From contig QNYK01000010.1 in the NCBI GenBank assembly GCA_003973385.1, positions 4,519-68,518 of the forward strand: DNA of 64,000 bases. Direction: 5' to 3'. This document shows positions 60,909 through 64,000 of this stretch, in pieces. Position 1 is the stretch's first letter; the number at the start of each line of letters is the position of its first letter. The notes beneath the pieces are model-generated. The model was not told the DNA's origin. It made no database searches and saw only the letters and a list, made by a program, of their open reading frames with translations. The translations under genes were made by a program, and so were the position numbers. The stretch is from Bacillota bacterium. GTDB lineage: Bacteria; Planctomycetota; UBA8108; UBA1146.

Positions 60909-61820
60909 CTAGCGCGAAGATACCTCATCCATGCGTCGAGAAATCTCTGCAAGACGCTCTTTGCCGCCTCCAGAGACCTCTGCAGATCCCCATCCGCGGT
61001 AGCCAACCTCGTCGAGAGCCTTCATCGTCTCGGCCCACTCGACCGAGGACTCGGGATCGCCGATCTTGCACTTGAACCCTGCCCAGGGACCGTCCTTTTC
61101 CATCAGAGCGCGAGAGTAATCCTTGATATCGACCTTGATGGTACGACTTCCGAGTTTGCGGACCCATTCCGGAGGACTTCCATAGCGCACGATGTTTCCG
61201 GTATCGAAATACCACCCGACCCAGGGGCTCTCGAACTGATCGACATACTTGACCGCTTCATCCGCGTCGGTGATGAAATCGTTCCAGACATTTTCGAAGG
61301 CGATGCGAACCTTCAACTCTGCGGCGAGGGGAATCAGTTCCTTGATCGCCTCGGTCGAACGTTGCCAGGCATCTTCGTAGGTCGCCGCTCCATTGGTACA
61401 GGTTCCCGGGACCAGCAGGACGGTGGTACCACCGAAGAGACGACAGTCTCGTAAGGCGGTCTCGACTCCATCGATCCCGGCACGCCGGGTCGCTTCGTCA
61501 GCGGCAGAAAGCGGCTTGCCCCAGTGTGTGGAACAGACCACTCCCGGGATCTCCAGACCACTCTCCGCCTTCGCTCTCAGCACCTCTCGCCAATCGAGGC
61601 CCGATGGAGAATCGAGTTCGATGCCGTCGAAACCGAGACCCTTGAGAATCTGGAACTTCTCCAGCAGCGTGTCTCCCACCTTCGCCATGCCGATCTTGAG
61701 GGATTTCTTGAGCCTGGGTGCTCGACCATGAAACCCTGGAATCGACATCTCCATCGCCTTTCCCAGCGAACTCCCGATCACAGCCAGCGAAGTCGCCGTG
61801 ATAAATGTCCTGCGGTCCAT
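60909..61820 (-). CDS. TAT-exported sugar phosphate isomerase/epimerase (xylose isomerase-like TIM barrel)
   Basis: Twin-arginine signal MDRRTFITATSLAVIGSSLG. The TIM-barrel core is ...GFDGIELD...VRIAFENVWN. The ATG is at 61820. Confidence 0.65.
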   Translation of the reverse strand: MDRRTFITATSLAVIGSSLGKAMEMSIPGFHGRAPRLKKSLKIGMAKVGDTLLEKFQILKGLGFDGIELDSPSGLDWREVLRAKAESGLEIPGVVCSTHWGKPLSAADEATRRAGIDGVETALRDCRLFGGTTVLLVPGTCTNGAATYEDAWQRSTEAIKELIPLAAELKVRIAFENVWNDFITDADEAVKYVDQFESPWVGWYFDTGNIVRYGSPPEWVRKLGSRTIKVDIKDYSRALMEKDGPWAGFKCKIGDPESSVEWAETMKALDEVGYRGWGSAEVSGGGKERLAEISRRMDEVSSR

Positions 61821-61834
61821 CTCGGCACTCCTGC

Positions 61835-63100
61835 CTAGACCAGTGCAGTCCGTCCGGGAACCGCCACCTCGGGCATGGCAAGATCTCCAAACTCCCACCT
61901 CTCCGGCAGCAGGTCCAACTGCGAGTTGAGGGCGAAGTCGAGGGTGACCTCCTTACCGGTGTAGGCACTCATGCGACCCATGATGGCGGTCAGCGTACTC
62001 ATCGCGACTCGCTCCGCCTCGTTGAGGGGATCGTTGGCGCGGATGCTTGCGATCAGGTCAGCGTGTTCCTGGACATATGGATTCTTACCGCCACCGGGGG
62101 CGCTCCAGTTGGTCTCACCGGTGATCCGGCCCGATGGGTTGGCCACTCCCTTGGTTCCGATGATCTTCTCCGAGACCCGGTTCCAGCAGCCGTCGATCTG
62201 ACGGCATTCACTGAGGGTTCGGACGCCACCGGGATAGACATACTCGACCGCAAAATGGTCGAAGACGTGACCGTATTCAGCTCCGGTTCGGACCTGACGC
62301 CCCCCCATCGCATTGGCCTTTTCAGGCGGACCTCCGAAGGCCCAGTTCATGACATCGATGTTGTGGATGTGTTGTTCGACGATGTGGTCTCCACTGGCCC
62401 AGGCGAAGTAGAGCCAGTTCCTGACCTGCCACTCCATGTCCGACATCTGGGGCGTCTTGCGAGCCACCCACAGTCCACCCTGATTCCAGTACACCTGTGC
62501 TGCGACCAGATCTCCGATGGCGCCATCGTGAATCTGCTGCATCGTCTCGATGTAACCCTTCTGATGCCGGCGCTGGGTGCCCGCAACGACTGCGAGCCCC
62601 TTGTGCTTGGCAACCTTGGCTGCTTCCAGCACCTTGCGAATCCCGGGCCCATCGGTGGCGACCGGTTTCTCCATGAAGACATTCTTGCCAGCAGCCACAG
62701 CGGCCTCGAAGTGGATCGGACGGAAGCCAGGGGGGGTGGCCAGGATCACCATGTCGACATCGGAGGTGAGCAGTTGCTGGTAGGCATCGAAGCCGACGAA
62801 GCAGCGTTCTTCAGGAACATCGAAGCCGTCGCCGAGTTTCTTGAGGTTATTGCGACTCGAGTCGAGACGGTCCCGGAACAGATCCGCCATGGCGGTGATC
62901 TTGACACCCGGGGAGGAATTCACGCAGTTGTTGGCAGCGCCCGAACCACGGCCACCACAGCCGATCAGTCCGACGCGGATGATATCCGAGCCACCGGCAT
63001 GAACCGAACCGGGCAAGGATGTCAGCAGGGTGGCTGCAGAAGCGGCGGCCGCTCCCTTCAAGAAGTCTCTACGGGTCGCACCAGGATCCTGCTCGCTCAT
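61835..63100 (-). CDS. TAT-exported Gfo/Idh/MocA-family NAD(P)-dependent oxidoreductase
   Basis: Twin-arginine signal ATRRDFLKGAAAASAATLL. The Rossmann motif is RVGLIGCGGRGSGAA, and the C-terminal region is GFO_IDH_MocA-like. Confidence 0.75.
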   Translation of the reverse strand: MSEQDPGATRRDFLKGAAAASAATLLTSLPGSVHAGGSDIIRVGLIGCGGRGSGAANNCVNSSPGVKITAMADLFRDRLDSSRNNLKKLGDGFDVPEERCFVGFDAYQQLLTSDVDMVILATPPGFRPIHFEAAVAAGKNVFMEKPVATDGPGIRKVLEAAKVAKHKGLAVVAGTQRRHQKGYIETMQQIHDGAIGDLVAAQVYWNQGGLWVARKTPQMSDMEWQVRNWLYFAWASGDHIVEQHIHNIDVMNWAFGGPPEKANAMGGRQVRTGAEYGHVFDHFAVEYVYPGGVRTLSECRQIDGCWNRVSEKIIGTKGVANPSGRITGETNWSAPGGGKNPYVQEHADLIASIRANDPLNEAERVAMSTLTAIMGRMSAYTGKEVTLDFALNSQLDLLPERWEFGDLAMPEVAVPGRTALV

Positions 63101-63906
63101 CGGTCCTCCTTGTTAGACTGTCCTTTAGAGTTCGGTTTCGATTCGGCTCTGCTGGGCCACCAGAGATCGGCCAGTACCAGCGCCAGCAAGATCGCCTGGC
63201 CGATGCTGTAGCCGACCCCGGAGATCACGATGCACAGCGCCCAGGATGGACTGAAACGGGCCAGCCACCAACCCCCTATATCCCCCAGCAATCCGAGCCC
63301 CATCACCGCTACCAGCAGCGAGATGGTTCGAACAGGCCAGCGCGTCAGCAACGCCAGAGCCACTACCACGATGCCCTGAATCGACATGCTGAGGGCGTGA
63401 GCATGGGTCGACATCGTCAGAACAGTGTCGGGAGTGGCGCGAATCTCGCGCGAAAATGCGATCGATTTGATGTCGTCAAAGTACTCGAGGGGTGGCAGGG
63501 GCGTCCCCGTCTCCGCTCCCGTCTGACGTGTATGGCAATCCAGGCAGCGGCTTGCGATGATCTCGGCAGGCGGGATCTCCAGATCGAGACTGTCGTAATC
63601 CTCGACGATCCGGGTGCCCGCGAGCCAGTCGAGCAGGATCTGTTTCTCGGCAGCAGGAAGTTCCGCAGGATGCCCTCGCTCGAGCGCCGAATTGAGCAGC
63701 GAGGGAGTGTTGATGCCGTGGTAAGCACCCTTGATGTCATCGAGAGTAAACTCCGGTCGCTCGTCGCGGTTCGCGTAGTGATTCACGAGGTGAGATGCGC
63801 TCGCCGCCAATCCCCCCAGTAACACCAGTACCAGCCCGGTCAATCCGAGGCGAATCCCGATCGGTTGAGTGTGAAGCCCGTTGCCCACGGTGTGGCTCCC
63901 AGCCAT
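63097..63906 (-). CDS. Membrane protein with one CxxCH c-type haem motif (CLDCH) followed by ~4 TM helices
   Basis: N-terminal TM, a periplasmic segment with RCLDCHTRQ, and C-terminal hydrophobic helices. It overlaps the Gfo/Idh/MocA start by 4 nt. Confidence 0.5.
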   Translation of the reverse strand: MAGSHTVGNGLHTQPIGIRLGLTGLVLVLLGGLAASASHLVNHYANRDERPEFTLDDIKGAYHGINTPSLLNSALERGHPAELPAAEKQILLDWLAGTRIVEDYDSLDLEIPPAEIIASRCLDCHTRQTGAETGTPLPPLEYFDDIKSIAFSREIRATPDTVLTMSTHAHALSMSIQGIVVVALALLTRWPVRTISLLVAVMGLGLLGDIGGWWLARFSPSWALCIVISGVGYSIGQAILLALVLADLWWPSRAESKPNSKGQSNKEDR

Positions 63907-63909
63907 CGA

Positions 63910-64000
63910 ATTAGGCCTCTTTCAGATCATCGGGGGAGATCTCGACGACCCCTCCCTCGACGATGGCACGCTGCGCAGCGATGCCCACCGCAGTGGCTCT
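63910..64000 (-). CDS. 3' end of an unidentified minus-strand CDS (…RATAVGIAAQRAIVEGGVVEISPDDLKEA*), truncated by the window edge
   Basis: Open frame to the window end with a stop at 63910-63912. Confidence 0.3.

Overview
This is a high-GC (~60-65%) bacterial chromosomal window. It opens inside an rRNA operon on the minus strand, with a 23S 5' portion, tRNA-Ala, tRNA-Ile and 16S, followed by about 60 kb of densely packed, largely overlapping, mostly housekeeping genes. The recognisable housekeeping set is lgt, dxr-rseP-ubiA-purD, recA, gatCAB, lysS, thiL, miaA, tsaE, rsfS, hppA, nhaP, HU and two tRNA-Met(CAU) genes. Five regions are not explained by that core and are the most interesting parts of the window: (1) a translationally coupled four-gene operon (11.1-17.0 kb, minus strand) encoding a ~1170-aa protein that pairs a GspK-like minor-pseudopilin N-terminus with a LamG/ConA-like C-terminal domain, two paralogous secreted proteins and a small acidic protein, sitting 46 nt downstream of recA; (2) an SMC/SbcC-like ATPase with a central transmembrane hairpin and a C-terminal 11-aa Pro/Glu/Lys-rich tandem-repeat tail, flanked by a small ORF and an LpxH-like metallophosphoesterase; (3) a divergent pair of units (43.4-50.5 kb) encoding a vWA+HEAT protein, an Ig-repeat zinc-metalloprotease-like lipoprotein, a HEAT-repeat protein and a TPR/TM protein; (4) a ~1020-aa secreted beta-propeller plus di-haem cytochrome-c-peroxidase-like plus dockerin protein preceded by a C10 homopolymer, next to a cluster of a TAT-exported Gfo/Idh/MocA oxidoreductase, a TAT-exported xylose-isomerase-like protein and a membrane c-type haem protein; (5) a tRNA-Met flanked by two tandem 75-bp repeats that each carry a copy of the tRNA 3' end, near an orphan ParA plus a small basic protein. 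The gene content (dockerin, giant secreted proteins, TAT Gfo/Idh/MocA, many HEAT/vWA proteins, GspK-like giant) is compatible with a PVC-superphylum (Planctomycetes-like) Gram-negative organism, but that is an inference only. All functional calls come from motif recognition in the translated ORFs. No database search was run.
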